From the NCBI GenBank assembly GCA_965237525.1, contig CBDEFO010000008.1, positions 1,088,001-1,152,000 of the forward strand: a stretch of 64,000 nt of DNA, in the 5' to 3' direction. The position numbers were made by a program, and so were the translations under genes. Positions 18,708 to 29,805 of this stretch are shown piece by piece (the stretch's first letter is position 1; every line of letters starts with the position of its first letter). Below the pieces are notes generated by a model that saw only the letters and a program-made list of their open reading frames with translations, was not told the DNA's origin and searched no databases. The DNA is from Candidatus Latescibacterota bacterium. GTDB lineage: Bacteria > Latescibacterota > CBDEFO01.

Positions 18708-20338
18708 TACCTTATATCTGAATTTATCAAAATTGTATTCTTAAGCCAGCCAGAATCGTCCCTTCTCGGATAGTCGGTGTTGTAGTGCAGTCCACGGCTT
18801 TCTTTCCTCCAAAGAGCACAACGGATTATAAGTTCGGCCACACAAGCGACATTTCTGAGTTCTATCAGTTCGGGCGTCACCTTAGTCCTCCTGTAGAATT
18901 CCTCTAGCTCCTCTTTGATGATCCTGACTCTCCTTTGGGCTCTCTGGAGCCTAAAGTCGGAGCGAACTATGCCCACGTAGTCCCACATAAGGCGCTCTAT
19001 CTCCTCCCGGTCGTGAGAGAGGATGACCCATTCTTCGGCGTTGAAGGTGTTCTCCTCGTCCCATTCGGGGATGTCAGGCAAGGTGTAGTCGTTGTCTTTG
19101 AGGAACTCTGCGGAATGTCGGCAGGCTCTATCCGAAAAGACCAGTGCCTCTAAAAGGGAGTTGCTCGCTAGGCGATTAGCACCGTGGACCCCCGTGAAGG
19201 CGACCTCACCTGCGGCGTAGAGGTTGAAAATGTCCGTTCTTCCCCACTCATCAGTTTTCACTCCGCCGCACATATAATGGGCTGCAGGAACCACGGGGAT
19301 GGGGTCTTTAGCCATGTCGACTCCGACCTCTAAACACTTTGCGTAGATATTCGGAAATTTCTCCTTTGTTATCTCCGGGTCTTTATGGGTCACGTCGAGG
19401 TATACACAGGGAGTTCCACTCTTTTTGATCTCCGCATCGATAGCCCTTGCCACTGTATCTCTTGGAGCTAACGATTTTTGGGGATGATACTTATCCATAA
19501 AGCCCTCGCCTTTGTCATTTATAAGGACACCTCCGTAGCCTCTGACTGTCTCTGATATTAAGAAGGATCGGCATCTGGGCGAAGCATCCTCCGGGTGATA
19601 GAGGCTTGTGGGATGGAACTGCATAAATTCGAGGTTCCCGGCTGTGGCGCCCGCTCGGCAGCTCATGGCTATCCCATCGCCTGTGGCTATCGAGGGATTG
19701 GTGGTATGCAGATAGACATGGCCGGCGCCTCCTGTGGCAAGGAGCGTTATCTTAGAAAGGAACTTTTTGACCTCCCCCTTATCTGTATCGAGGGAGTAGG
19801 CGCCCCAGCACGTGATGCGATTCTTCTGAACTTCCTTCACACCGAAGAGATGGTGCTCTGTGATCAGGTCTATAGCCACGTGATTTTCATAGACCTCAAT
19901 CTTAGGATTGTTCTGCACCTCGACCGACAAAGCCCGCTCGATTTCCGCACCTGTGAGGTCTCGGGCGTGCACGATCCTGTTTTTGGAGTGTCCGCCCTCT
20001 CTGCCCAGCTCAAATTCTTCGCTATTTTCCCGCCTTGTGAACTCCGCTCCCCACTTCACGAGATCCCGCACCATCTGGGGACCTTCTCTGACTACGAGTT
20101 CGACACTCTCCCTGCAGCAGAGTCCGTCGCCGGCTCTTAGAGTATCCTCTATGTGGAGATCAAAGCTGTCATTGTCCGAGAACACGGCTGCTATTCCGCC
20201 CTGAGCGTAATTAGTGTTGGACTCCTTGTGCTCTTTCTTGGTGATTATGGCGACATTCCCGTGCTGTGCCGCTTTGAGCGCGAACGAAAATCCAGCTAAC
20301 CCACTGCCGATTACGAGGTAATCTGTGACCGATTGCAT
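18707..20338 (-). CDS. nadB: L-aspartate oxidase
   Basis: NTNYAQGGIA, EGGHSKNRIVH, QFHPT, HGANRLASNSLLE, ESRGLHY. Confidence 0.96.
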   Translation of the reverse strand: MQSVTDYLVIGSGLAGFSFALKAAQHGNVAIITKKEHKESNTNYAQGGIAAVFSDNDSFDLHIEDTLRAGDGLCCRESVELVVREGPQMVRDLVKWGAEFTRRENSEEFELGREGGHSKNRIVHARDLTGAEIERALSVEVQNNPKIEVYENHVAIDLITEHHLFGVKEVQKNRITCWGAYSLDTDKGEVKKFLSKITLLATGGAGHVYLHTTNPSIATGDGIAMSCRAGATAGNLEFMQFHPTSLYHPEDASPRCRSFLISETVRGYGGVLINDKGEGFMDKYHPQKSLAPRDTVARAIDAEIKKSGTPCVYLDVTHKDPEITKEKFPNIYAKCLEVGVDMAKDPIPVVPAAHYMCGGVKTDEWGRTDIFNLYAAGEVAFTGVHGANRLASNSLLEALVFSDRACRHSAEFLKDNDYTLPDIPEWDEENTFNAEEWVILSHDREEIERLMWDYVGIVRSDFRLQRAQRRVRIIKEELEEFYRRTKVTPELIELRNVACVAELIIRCALWRKESRGLHYNTDYPRRDDSGWLKNTILINSDIR

Positions 20339-20347
20339 GATCTATCT

Positions 20348-21445
20348 CTATATTTTAAGGAGCGAGTCCAGCTTATCCGCTCCCTTTGTGATCTGTATCT
20401 CTATTTCAAGGGCGTATATCGGAATCTTTGACCTAAATTCGTGGAGCGTCCACTGCGGGGCGAATTTAACAGCGTCCTTTCGGGTTGTGATTACAAATTC
20501 CGAATCTAATTCGGACGCTTTAAGCGATACCTCTTCAAGATCCCTTTCTGTATAGTAGTGATGATCTGGATAGTTTAGGAAACCTGTTAGCCGGGCGCCC
20601 AAGCCCTCAAGAGTCATCTGGAATGACTTCGGATTTCCTATTCCAGATAGAGCTAATACCTTCCTCTCTTTGAGCTGATCTATCCCGATCTTCGAATTGT
20701 CAGCCAGCGACCGCAAACAGATCGGACGATGTATCGTCTCTACTGCGGGTATCGCAGGATTTATAGACATAATCTCCCTTTTGATCTTCTCTTTGTCGTC
20801 TGCATAATCAGTATGCGTCAGGAATACGACATCTGCCCGATTTAGGGCGGATAGGGGTTCTCTCAAGGTCCCTCTGGGCAAGAGGTGATCCTTGCTCAAC
20901 GGATAAAGAGAGTCTACTACGGCGATATTTACGTCTCTTTTCAGACTCAAGTGTTGAAATCCGTCGTCCAGGACTATGAAATCAGGGGAGAAGTTTTCCA
21001 CCGCGAAGACGCCTGCCTTGTATCTATCCGCCCCGACTACGACGGGAATGTCCCGAAGCTTTTGTGCAAGGAGATATGGCTCATCGCCCGCCTCTTCTGC
21101 GCTCAGCTTTACATCACGTCCGTCTGAGACTACTGATATATCACTTCCCTGCCTTTTGTATCCTCTGCTGATTATCGTTACTCTCTTGCCTGCCTCCCGT
21201 AAGCGGCGAACGATATATTCTACTGTCGGGGTCTTGCCTGTGCCTCCTGCTGCAATGTTGCCCACGCAGATTACTTTCACAGACCGCAGTGGAGGCTCAG
21301 ACAGGGAAGAGCTCCTTAGTATGCCGGCACTATACGCGTATGTTCGGAGTCTTACTCCTATGCCGTAGAGGAGGGATAGAATCCACAGACCGGCTCTAAC
21401 AGCGGCATTCTTGCTTTCCTGTATCTTTTGAAAATCTATCGCCAA
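20348..21445 (-). CDS. lpxK: Tetraacyldisaccharide 4'-kinase
   Basis: VGNIAAGGTGKTP, SRGY, GDEP, LDDGFQH, LLPRGTLREP, YPDHH. Confidence 0.95.
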   Translation of the reverse strand: MAIDFQKIQESKNAAVRAGLWILSLLYGIGVRLRTYAYSAGILRSSSLSEPPLRSVKVICVGNIAAGGTGKTPTVEYIVRRLREAGKRVTIISRGYKRQGSDISVVSDGRDVKLSAEEAGDEPYLLAQKLRDIPVVVGADRYKAGVFAVENFSPDFIVLDDGFQHLSLKRDVNIAVVDSLYPLSKDHLLPRGTLREPLSALNRADVVFLTHTDYADDKEKIKREIMSINPAIPAVETIHRPICLRSLADNSKIGIDQLKERKVLALSGIGNPKSFQMTLEGLGARLTGFLNYPDHHYYTERDLEEVSLKASELDSEFVITTRKDAVKFAPQWTLHEFRSKIPIYALEIEIQITKGADKLDSLLKI

Positions 21446-21563
21446 TACTCTTCAGTAATAAAAATAACAAGATCAGCATTGCGAGACAAGTCCCAATTGC
21501 GATCAGGACGCTGAAGATAATAATGCCATTTTCTCAAGTCAACAAAGAAGACGATGCCTGCTA

Positions 21564-21851
21564 TTAGCTATCCCCATCTACAATGGACGTTTCCCCTTCC
21601 TTGATCCTCTGGTCTATCAATTCTCTGATCCTGGGCACTATGTACACCTCGTCCAGAGGAAGCTTGGATAGTTCTCTCAGAAAAATCTCGCTTTTCTGCT
21701 CCGCGGATAGCCGCTTGTGGATGATGAGATGCGTCTTGCCGCCGTATTTGCACAGCCCGCCCTTTCCCTCTTCGAGTTCCTCGTATCTGACATCCACAGA
21801 CAGCTTTTCGGCTACAGCTTCAAGCTCGCTTAATATCTCATAAGATTTCAC
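21564..21851 (-). CDS. Small conserved hypothetical protein
   Basis: 95 aa; LSVDVRYE...GGLC...LDEVYIVPRIRELI pattern resembles an uncharacterised small-protein family. Confidence 0.7.
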   Translation of the reverse strand: MKSYEILSELEAVAEKLSVDVRYEELEEGKGGLCKYGGKTHLIIHKRLSAEQKSEIFLRELSKLPLDEVYIVPRIRELIDQRIKEGETSIVDGDS

Positions 21852-22166
21852 GCTGATCTACACTTTGTTGTAAGGTGCCTGTATAATGTAAGTATAACTC
21901 CGACGTTCACAAATAGACAGTGATTTCTGCGTCAAATAGCAGAAATAAAATTCGCTTTACATCTGGATGGATTTTTCATATCTTTTTGTAAGTACAGACT
22001 GTTCCAATTTGGTTTGTAAAGACTATTTGAAAGCGGAAATAGAGAACTTAACAGGTTAGGCCAAGTAGTCCGCTTTAGCGCCGGAGTTCGACGAGATTCT
22101 GATTCCAGGGGAGTTGCCTTCAAGTGAAAAACAGAAAAGATCCAGAGAGGGTATATTTGTGGAGGA

Positions 22167-23045
22167 TTGGACGTGCGAAACTATTGTCGAGTTAGCCGAA
22201 AGGCTGAATTTAAAGCTCACTATCTTGTGATATTGTTCTTTTTAGGCTTTGTACTATCGTGTGCCGCTGTTGGGAAATTGAATCTCATATCCACGAGGCA
22301 GGAACTCGAATTAGGCGCGCAGTTCTCAAAGGAGATAGAAAAGCAGATCACCATATACCCCGATCCCCTGGTGGCGGCTTACATAGATAGCCTGGGGCAA
22401 CTTATGGCAAAGAACTCTAAAAGGACTAATATCCCCTACTATATCAAGGTTGTGGATACGGATGAGGTGAACGCCTTCGCCATCCCGGGAGGCTATCTGT
22501 ACGTGAATCGGGGTTTGATAACGACGGCTGAGAGCGAGTCTGAGCTCGCCGGAGTCATGGGTCATGAGATAGGTCACGTTGTGGGAAGACACGGGGCAAA
22601 GCAGCTTACCAAGCGGTTGGGATTAGCAGTCATAGTCCAGGTGGTAGCAGGAGGTGATCCCGACCTTACGAGGCAATTGGCATCAAGTATGATCGGTGTA
22701 GGAGGGACTTTAAGTCTGTTGAAATACGGAAGGGACGCCGAAAGAGAGGCAGATATCTTAGCGGTTCACGAGATGTACGCCTCGAACATAGACCCTCTGG
22801 GAATAACCACCTTCTTTCAGAAATTACTCGTTCTGCACGACAGGAAACCGGGCGGAGTTGAGAAGCTATTCTCGACTCACCCTCCCACAGAAGATCGGAT
22901 AAAAAAGATCAAGAGTCAGATAAATAGACTGCCGCCTAAAGAGGGGTTGGTGGTGGACTCCCCAAGGTTTCACACCATAAAAGAGCGCATACTGACCCGG
23001 ACGGAAAAGGAGAGGAAGACTAAATATAGCACAACAAATAGTTGA
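22167..23045 (+). CDS. M48-family zinc metallopeptidase, probable lipoprotein
   Basis: VNAFAIPGG, HEIGH, EREAD, STHPP; lipobox-like VLSC. Confidence 0.92.
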   Translation: MDVRNYCRVSRKAEFKAHYLVILFFLGFVLSCAAVGKLNLISTRQELELGAQFSKEIEKQITIYPDPLVAAYIDSLGQLMAKNSKRTNIPYYIKVVDTDEVNAFAIPGGYLYVNRGLITTAESESELAGVMGHEIGHVVGRHGAKQLTKRLGLAVIVQVVAGGDPDLTRQLASSMIGVGGTLSLLKYGRDAEREADILAVHEMYASNIDPLGITTFFQKLLVLHDRKPGGVEKLFSTHPPTEDRIKKIKSQINRLPPKEGLVVDSPRFHTIKERILTRTEKERKTKYSTTNS

Positions 23046-23056
23046 TATCATAGAGG

Positions 23057-23146
23057 GAGATTGCTTCGCCTACTTCGTGGCTTGCCCCCGATTGAATCCC
23101 CGATTAGGTCTACCCCCGATTGAGTCTATCGGGGAGCGGGGGCTTG
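23057..23146. repeat. CGTC-type REP half plus nested palindrome cluster
   Basis: GAGATTGCTTCG...CCCCCGATTGAAT CCCCGATTAGGTCTA CCCCCGATTGAGTCTATCGGGG AGCGGGGGCTTG; same layout as 10705-10768 on the opposite strand. Confidence 0.8.
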
Positions 23147-23377
23147 TTGCCACCCCAGCAGAGCTGCCACCCGTTTTGCAATGAAATTACTTTCTTTCGG
23201 TCATTGCATGAGCTGAAAATGTGGAGATGTCTACATTTGCCAGAGACTTGTCGCCCCTGACGAGCAGTGAAGCTGTACTGCTGAAGCCTTTACTTCCGGC
23301 GCGATAGTGGTTCTCAATACAGATATTGGATTCAGGGTTTTTTGTGACCTTTTACTTGTGTGTCATAGTCTATCTTT

Positions 23378-23881
23378 TTATACGTCTGAATCCTTCAGAC
23401 TGCTCTGGTAGTTTATAACCAACTGCTCCTGGGCCTCTGTCTCGACTGACCCTGGTCTTTTGTGTCTGATCTCCTGTATAGCTTGTATCGAACTTTTCCC
23501 CTTCTTTACCAGATAGCACGCCAACATAGTTCCTGTTCTGCCTATGCCGGCTGTGCAGTGAACTGCTACAGCTTTTCCCTCTTTTTCCTTCTCCTCCACG
23601 AAATCTACAAACTTCTCCACGTCTTCGAGCGTAGGAGCCGACATATCAGAGACGGCCAACTGTAAGTAATCCATGCCAAGTTTTCGGAGAGTATCCGGAT
23701 TAAGCGGCTCCTCGGTCAAAGATACGACGGCAGAGATACCCTTATTCTCCAGAAACGCCAAGTCGTCTCTGAGCTTTTCATAGTTGCTTTTGTGATGATC
23801 ATAGGAGGACGAGGCGTCCCTTCTCCCTGGAAAGGCCATGCCAGCTATCACACCTTCTACTAACCAGCTGAAGTTCTGCAA
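23378..23881 (-). CDS. Dual-specificity protein phosphatase family protein
   Basis: HCTAGIGRTG CX5R motif; NFSW start, RPGSVET. Confidence 0.92.
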   Translation of the reverse strand: MQNFSWLVEGVIAGMAFPGRRDASSSYDHHKSNYEKLRDDLAFLENKGISAVVSLTEEPLNPDTLRKLGMDYLQLAVSDMSAPTLEDVEKFVDFVEEKEKEGKAVAVHCTAGIGRTGTMLACYLVKKGKSSIQAIQEIRHKRPGSVETEAQEQLVINYQSSLKDSDV

Positions 23882-23950
23882 TATAATGTCTCCAAAGGGT
23901 CTTCTCGAGTTTACCAGGGATTTGAAAATTTCAAATGATTGCCGAGGATG

Positions 23951-24811
23951 TCAATCCAGATAAGTCTTCATCGGACGGCTCCTGGAGGGATGTCTGAGCT
24001 TTGAGATCGCCTTTTCTTTTATCTGTCTGACCCTCTCTCTGGTAAGGCCGAACACCTGCCCTATCTCCTCAAGCGTCATAGGTCTTTCCTTACCTATTCC
24101 GAAGTAGAGCCTCAACACCTCAGCCTCTCTGTCCTTTAAGGCGTCCAAGGCTCTGCCCAAGGCTCTCACAAACGATTCGTCCATGACGTTCTGATCCGGG
24201 GAGGACGCAAGTTCATCCTTTAGCACAGAAAGGAGGTTGTTGTCCTCATCGTTACTGGATGGAGAGTCGTCTAACGAGAGATGATGCCTGGATATTTGAA
24301 GTGTATTTGTGATGTACTCTGTATCCACTCCGAGTTCGTCGGCTATTTCAAGTATAGTGGGGTCTCTTCCAAGGTACTGTCTGAGGATGTTGGCCGTCTT
24401 GCTTATCTTATGGAGATTGCTGACTCTATTTAGAGGCAGCCTGATCATCCTGGATTGCTGCGCTAAAGCGGATAACATCCCCTGTCTTATCCACCAGACA
24501 GCATAGGATATAAATTTAAAGCCCTTCGTTTCATCGAACCTCTTTGCCGCCTCGATGAGTCCTAAATTCCCTTCGCTGATCAAGTCCTCAAGGGGGAGAC
24601 CCTGGTTTTGATATTTCTTGGCTATCCTGACGACAAACCTCAAATTGGCTTTGACCAACTCCTCAAGGGCATCCTGGTCGCCTACCCTTATCCTCTTGGC
24701 CAGGTCTGTCTCCTTCTGAGCGGACAAGGGCTGCGTATCTGAAATATCTTCAAGATAAAGCCCCAAAGGTGACATCTCCTCGTACTGATGATCTCTGCCT
24801 GCTCTATTCAC
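23951..24811 (-). CDS. RpoD/SigA-family sigma-70 factor lacking region 1.1
   Basis: ANLRFVV, FKFISYAVWWIRQ, TLEEIG...LTRERVRQIKEKA. Confidence 0.93.
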   Translation of the reverse strand: MNRAGRDHQYEEMSPLGLYLEDISDTQPLSAQKETDLAKRIRVGDQDALEELVKANLRFVVRIAKKYQNQGLPLEDLISEGNLGLIEAAKRFDETKGFKFISYAVWWIRQGMLSALAQQSRMIRLPLNRVSNLHKISKTANILRQYLGRDPTILEIADELGVDTEYITNTLQISRHHLSLDDSPSSNDEDNNLLSVLKDELASSPDQNVMDESFVRALGRALDALKDREAEVLRLYFGIGKERPMTLEEIGQVFGLTRERVRQIKEKAISKLRHPSRSRPMKTYLD

Positions 24812-24843
24812 TGGTTACTCCTGATCGAGATTTGAAAGCTGAT

Positions 24844-24883
24844 CCCCGACCCCCGATAGAGTCAATCGGGGGTTCAATCGGGG
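24844..24883. repeat. Palindrome nested within a palindrome
   Basis: CCCCGAC CCCCGATAGAGTCAATCGGGG GTTCAATCGGGG. Confidence 0.8.
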
Positions 24884-25003
24884 AGATGGTAAACTATCCT
24901 CTGTTCAAGTAGGCAAGCAGTTGCCGCCAAAATGCACAGTGTCACACGTAAACCTAAACTCTAACAGACAAGCAGGGATCTTTCTCCTACTCGATATTGT
25001 GTT

Positions 25004-25870
25004 TTATAATACATCTTTTACCGCCTTTCCTATTTCAGCTGGGCTATCAGAGACCCGTACTCCTGCGTCTTTGAGGGCATCCATCTTGCCTTCGGCGGTT
25101 CCACTGCCACCTGAAATGATCGCTCCGGCGTGTCCCATGCGTCTGCCTTCTGGAGCGGTTCTACCGCAGATGAAGCCGACTACCGGTTTGCTAAAGTTAT
25201 TCTCTATAAAAGTTGCTGCTTCTTCCTCAGCTGATCCCCCTATCTCACCTATTATGACGACTACGTCGGTTTCGGGATCGGCCTCAAATAGTTCCAGACA
25301 GTCTATAAACGTAGTTCCGATGACTGGATCTCCCCCTACACCTATGCAGGTAGATTGACCGATGCCAAGGGATGTTAACTGACTGACTGCCTCATAAGTC
25401 AAGGTACCGCTCCTGGATATGACTCCGACGCTTCCGGCTTCGTGAATAGAACCAGGCATAATCCCGATCTTACACTTGCCCGGAGATATGACACCTGGAC
25501 AGTTGGGACCGATAAGTCGGGTCTTTCGGCAGTTTAGGTGTTCTTTCACTCTTATCATATCCAGTGTCGGGATACCCTCAGTAATGCACACCACGATGTC
25601 TAAGTCTGCATCAGCCGCCTCCATTATAGCATCCTTTGCAAAAGCAGGGGGCACAAAGATTGCCGATGCGTTGGCTTCCGTTTCTCGCTTTGCCATCTCC
25701 ACAGTGTCGAAGACCGGTATCCCTTCAAAGTTCCCTCCTCCTTTGCCCGGAGTTACACCAGCTTTTACTTTTGTTCCGTATTCTACCATCTTTACAGTGT
25801 GGAAAGAACCCTCCCCTCCAGTGATCCCCTGCACCAAGACTGTAGTATCTTTATTGACCAGAATGCTCAA
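25004..25870 (-). CDS. sucD: Succinyl-CoA synthetase alpha subunit
   Basis: [31 protein letters not shown]. Confidence 0.97.
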   Translation of the reverse strand: MSILVNKDTTVLVQGITGGEGSFHTVKMVEYGTKVKAGVTPGKGGGNFEGIPVFDTVEMAKRETEANASAIFVPPAFAKDAIMEAADADLDIVVCITEGIPTLDMIRVKEHLNCRKTRLIGPNCPGVISPGKCKIGIMPGSIHEAGSVGVISRSGTLTYEAVSQLTSLGIGQSTCIGVGGDPVIGTTFIDCLELFEADPETDVVVIIGEIGGSAEEEAATFIENNFSKPVVGFICGRTAPEGRRMGHAGAIISGGSGTAEGKMDALKDAGVRVSDSPAEIGKAVKDVL

Positions 25871-27033
25871 ATCTTTCCTCCGACAGCAGCTACTACCTTT
25901 TCTGCAGCGTCCTTGAGGTCCGTCGCCACGGCAAAAGAAAGCGGGGAATCCTTGAGGATTTTGGCCCCTTCCGGGGCATTGGTGCCCTCGAGCCGGACCA
26001 CGACAGGGAGGGCAACATCCATATTGGACAGAGCCTCCACGACTCCCTCTGCCACTCTATCGCACCGGACTATTCCACCGAAGATATTTATCATTACTGC
26101 CTCGACGTTCTTATCCGAAAGCAATGTCCTGAATCCATTTTCCACAGCTTCGACGCTTGCTCCTCCTCCCACGTCCAGGAAGTTGGCAGGCTCGGCCCCT
26201 GTAAGCTTTATTATGTCCATAGTAGCCATAGCAAGTCCAGCCCCGTTGACCATGCACCCTACTTTCCCGTCGAGTCTTATGTAGTTCAAATTATACTTGG
26301 ACGCCTCTGCCTCCAAAGGGTCTTCCTCATCTATATCTCTCATCTTACGTATTTCGGGGCGGCGGTAGAGTGCGTTATCGTCGAAGTTTATCTTGGCGTC
26401 CAAAGCTATAATATCTCCGCTTTTTGTAAGCACAAGCGGGTTTATCTCAGCAATAGAGCAGTCGGTCTCGACGTAGGCCTCATAAAGATACATTATGAAT
26501 TCCGCCGTTTTCCGGACGAGCCCCAAGTTCATTTCCAGACCTAACGCAAGTCTCCGAGCTTGAAAGGGCTGTAATCCGAGGGCGGGATCGATCCACTCTT
26601 TTAATATCTTTTGCGGAGATTTTGCCGCTACTTCTTCTATCTCCACGCCGCCCTCCGCTGAGGCCATCACCACTAATTTCGACTCGGATCTGTCCAGAAC
26701 TATCCCTAGATAGAATTCCTTTTCCACCTCTGTAGCTTCCTCAACCAGTATCTTTTTGACCGTTCTGCCTTCGGGCCCCGTTTGATGAGTGACTAAGTTC
26801 ATTCCGATCATCTCAAAGGCTAAGGTTTCGGCCTCAGAGGGCCCATCAGCCAATTTGATGCCACCTCCTTTTCCTCTGCCTCCGGCGTGAATTTGGGCCT
26901 TTACCACGACTTTGCCGCCCAGTTCTTCTGCTATCTTTCGGGCCTCCTCAGGAGAGGATGCCACCTTCCCCTGGGGAACGGCTACGTTGTAACTTCTTAA
27001 TATCTCTTTGGCTTGATGTTCGTGTACTTTCAT
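25867..27033 (-). CDS. sucC: Succinyl-CoA synthetase beta subunit
   Basis: [45 protein letters not shown]. Confidence 0.97.
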   Translation of the reverse strand: MKVHEHQAKEILRSYNVAVPQGKVASSPEEARKIAEELGGKVVVKAQIHAGGRGKGGGIKLADGPSEAETLAFEMIGMNLVTHQTGPEGRTVKKILVEEATEVEKEFYLGIVLDRSESKLVVMASAEGGVEIEEVAAKSPQKILKEWIDPALGLQPFQARRLALGLEMNLGLVRKTAEFIMYLYEAYVETDCSIAEINPLVLTKSGDIIALDAKINFDDNALYRRPEIRKMRDIDEEDPLEAEASKYNLNYIRLDGKVGCMVNGAGLAMATMDIIKLTGAEPANFLDVGGGASVEAVENGFRTLLSDKNVEAVMINIFGGIVRCDRVAEGVVEALSNMDVALPVVVRLEGTNAPEGAKILKDSPLSFAVATDLKDAAEKVVAAVGGKI

Positions 27034-27139
27034 AACACTTCAAGTTTCTCTATAAGCTAACACGGACTCGACACTGAAAGTACAAATGGCCCGTCTAATA
27101 CTAATAGGCTGTTGGGGGTATAGTCGTTACGGAAGGGTT

Positions 27140-27931
27140 CTATTCTGTCTGGCCGTCTATCGTACCGACCTCGATTTCTACCTCTTCTCTGCTTTGTACT
27201 CTGTCGACCATGCCGTCTCTGATCCATACTATGCGGTCAGAGACCGAGAGCATCTTGTGATCGTGCGTAGCCGCTATTATCGTGACAGCCGAATCTTCGT
27301 TCATCTCCCTCAGGAGGTTTATTATCTCTGTCCCAGTCTTAAGATCTAAATTCCCTGTCGGTTCGTCCGCTAAGATAATCGCCGGATCGTTGGCCATAGC
27401 CCTTGCCACAGCCACCCTTTGCTGTTGTCCTCCCGAAAGCTCGGACGGCTTGTGAGATACTCTGTCTCCGAGTCCGACCTTGCCTAAGAGTTCCACTCCT
27501 TTGTCTCTGGCGTCATCGCCTGTCAGTCCCGCAAAGACCATCGGCAAAGTCACGTTTTCAAGCGCGGTCATAACCGGGATCAGATTGAACGATTGAAAGA
27601 TGTAGCCGATCTTCCTGCACCTGAGCCACGCGAGCTCATAGGCGTCCAGTTGAGCCACGTCCACCTCGTCTATGTACACCTTTCCCGAAGTCGGCTTGTC
27701 AAGTCCTCCTATCATGTTGAACAGCGTGCTTTTACCAGATCCGGAAGGGCCCATAATCGAGATGTACTCCCCGGGTTCAATCTCCATGTCTATGCCTTTA
27801 AGGGCCTCTAGTTCGATACCTCCCATTTCATAGATCTTCTTAACGTTTTGGGTCCTGACCACGCTCTGCTCTATCTGGTTTTGCCCTTTGTCTTCCTTCT
27901 TTTCCTCTTGTGCCATCTCTTCTCCTAACAC
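27140..27931 (-). CDS. ABC transporter ATP-binding protein (LolD/MacB type)
   Basis: GPSGSGKST, LSGGQQQRV, ILADEPTGNLD. Confidence 0.93.
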   Translation of the reverse strand: MLGEEMAQEEKKEDKGQNQIEQSVVRTQNVKKIYEMGGIELEALKGIDMEIEPGEYISIMGPSGSGKSTLFNMIGGLDKPTSGKVYIDEVDVAQLDAYELAWLRCRKIGYIFQSFNLIPVMTALENVTLPMVFAGLTGDDARDKGVELLGKVGLGDRVSHKPSELSGGQQQRVAVARAMANDPAIILADEPTGNLDLKTGTEIINLLREMNEDSAVTIIAATHDHKMLSVSDRIVWIRDGMVDRVQSREEVEIEVGTIDGQTE

Positions 27932-27940
27932 CGTAAATAA

Positions 27941-28056
27941 GTGGACAGCAGGTAGTAGACAGGGCGCCGCTTCCCATCCCTGCTTGCCGTCTACTTATGT
28001 TTCGTCTACTTGCTTTTGCCTTTCGCCTGTATGCTGTCTACTGTTTGCTGTATACT
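27941..28056. repeat. GTAGACAG-family intergenic repeat
   Basis: GTAGACAGGG...CCCTGC...CCTGTATGCTGTCTACTGTTTGCTG. Confidence 0.7.
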
Positions 28057-28065
28057 ATTTTTGCC

Positions 28066-28761
28066 TTATACTTCTGTTCTCATAGCATCGGCGGGTTCCA
28101 TCTTAGCTGCCCTGTAGGAGGGCAGGATCGCCCCGAAAAATGACACTACAAAGCCGATCAAAATAGCCCAACCCGCATATTGCAATATTATTGTGGCCTC
28201 GGGGAAGTACTCGAAGACGTAATCCCCGAAACTGATCATCGAGAGCAATAGACTCAAAGAAAATCCCGTAATAACTCCCATTATCGTGCCTATAAGCCCC
28301 TGAAACATCGACTCCAGGAGAAATAGCTTCACTATGAACGAGTCCAAGGCCCCCAGACACTTCATTGTACCTATCTCTCTGAATCGCTCCGTGACTGACA
28401 TCAGCATTGCGTTGGCTATTCCCACCAGACAGACCAGCAGGGATAAGGCCACAAGCCATGCGTTTTTAGAGTCCTCCTCGCTCGTATCGGCATCAGGGCC
28501 TGTCTGTATCCTTTTCTGCTGGAGCAGCAGATTTACGTCTGCGTCATTTGCCTCTCTGAGGGACACTACTATAGAATTATTCGTCCATATAGACATCAGG
28601 AACGCTATCGCCAATACGATGCCGCTCATGGTGATGAGTGAACGCCCAAGTCTTACCTTGATGCCCTTGACACTGATTTCGACCGCTTTGCTCCACGGCA
28701 GAACGATCTGTTTTCCAATTGTTATTCTGCTGGCGTCTGATATCCTTTCAGTCGCTGCCAA
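28066..28761 (-). CDS. Short FtsX-like ABC permease
   Basis: GIANAMLMSVTERFREIGTMKCLGA, AAKMEPADAMR; about 4 hydrophobic segments and a very small external loop. Confidence 0.88.
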   Translation of the reverse strand: MAATERISDASRITIGKQIVLPWSKAVEISVKGIKVRLGRSLITMSGIVLAIAFLMSIWTNNSIVVSLREANDADVNLLLQQKRIQTGPDADTSEEDSKNAWLVALSLLVCLVGIANAMLMSVTERFREIGTMKCLGALDSFIVKLFLLESMFQGLIGTIMGVITGFSLSLLLSMISFGDYVFEYFPEATIILQYAGWAILIGFVVSFFGAILPSYRAAKMEPADAMRTEV

Positions 28762-28807
28762 CTGTGTTTTCCTCCAAGTTTAGATTTGGCAAAGTGTCAG
28801 TGTAATG

Positions 28808-29782
28808 CTAATCAAGAACTTCCGGATTTACTATGTTGGGAGGACGCCGTCCTTCGAGTCCCGCTATAAGGTTCTCCGCTGCCATCACCGCCATTTTTGT
28901 TCTGGTTTCGACTGTGGCGCTGGCTATATGCGGGACTATCACGACGTTGTCCAGGTCAGCCAAACCCGGCTTAAGCTCTGGCTCGTTCTCAAAGACGTCC
29001 AAAGCGGCTCCGGCTATTTCGCCGTCCTTAAGTGCCTTTACAAGCGCTGCCTCGTCTATTACGGGACCTCTGGAGGTGTTGATAAGATAGGCGGTCTTTT
29101 TCATTAAGCCGAATTCACGCTCTCCGATAAGGTGTGTGGTTTGGGGGGATAAGAGGACGTGGGTCGAGATAAAATCCGATTGGGAAAGGAGTTCATCGAG
29201 TTCGACTCTCTTTGCACCCAGCTCTTTTTCCAACGTCTCGTTACCGACTACGTCGCTGTACAGCACGTTCATCCTGAATCCTTTGGACTTGAGAGCCATG
29301 GACTCTCCGACCCTTCCGCATCCGATCACTCCCAGGGTTTTGCCCGTCACATCGTTCCCGAGGAACATCATCGGTCCCCAGCCAGAAAACTTGCCTGCTC
29401 TTGTGAATCTGTCAGCTTCCACGATCCTCCTTGCTATGCTGAACAGCAAGGCCCACGCCATATCCGATGTCGTCTCGGTAAGGACTCCGGGCGTGTTTGT
29501 GACTATTACCTTCTGCCTCGTAGCAGCCTCCACGTCTATGTTATCAAACCCAACGGCGTAATTTGCGAATATCTTTGCGCTCTCTGCTGCAGAGAGCAAT
29601 TCTTCGTCAATAGTGTCCGTCAGAAGGCACAGGATACCATCTCTGCCCTTTACGTTGGAAAGGAGTTCCTCCCTTGAGAGGATCCTGTCTTCGGGATTGA
29701 CATCCATTATGTCACAGTTAGCCTCAACAATGTCCATTGCAGACTGGGGGAGCCTGCGAGTTACATATACGTTCCAGCCCAT
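28808..29782 (-). CDS. D-glycerate dehydrogenase / glyoxylate reductase family
   Basis: YAVGFDNID, GCGRVG, INTSRG, LDVFENEP, PHIAS. Confidence 0.92.
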   Translation of the reverse strand: MGWNVYVTRRLPQSAMDIVEANCDIMDVNPEDRILSREELLSNVKGRDGILCLLTDTIDEELLSAAESAKIFANYAVGFDNIDVEAATRQKVIVTNTPGVLTETTSDMAWALLFSIARRIVEADRFTRAGKFSGWGPMMFLGNDVTGKTLGVIGCGRVGESMALKSKGFRMNVLYSDVVGNETLEKELGAKRVELDELLSQSDFISTHVLLSPQTTHLIGEREFGLMKKTAYLINTSRGPVIDEAALVKALKDGEIAGAALDVFENEPELKPGLADLDNVVIVPHIASATVETRTKMAVMAAENLIAGLEGRRPPNIVNPEVLD

Positions 29783-29805
29783 CTTTGATTCTCCCTATTA
29801 AGTGC

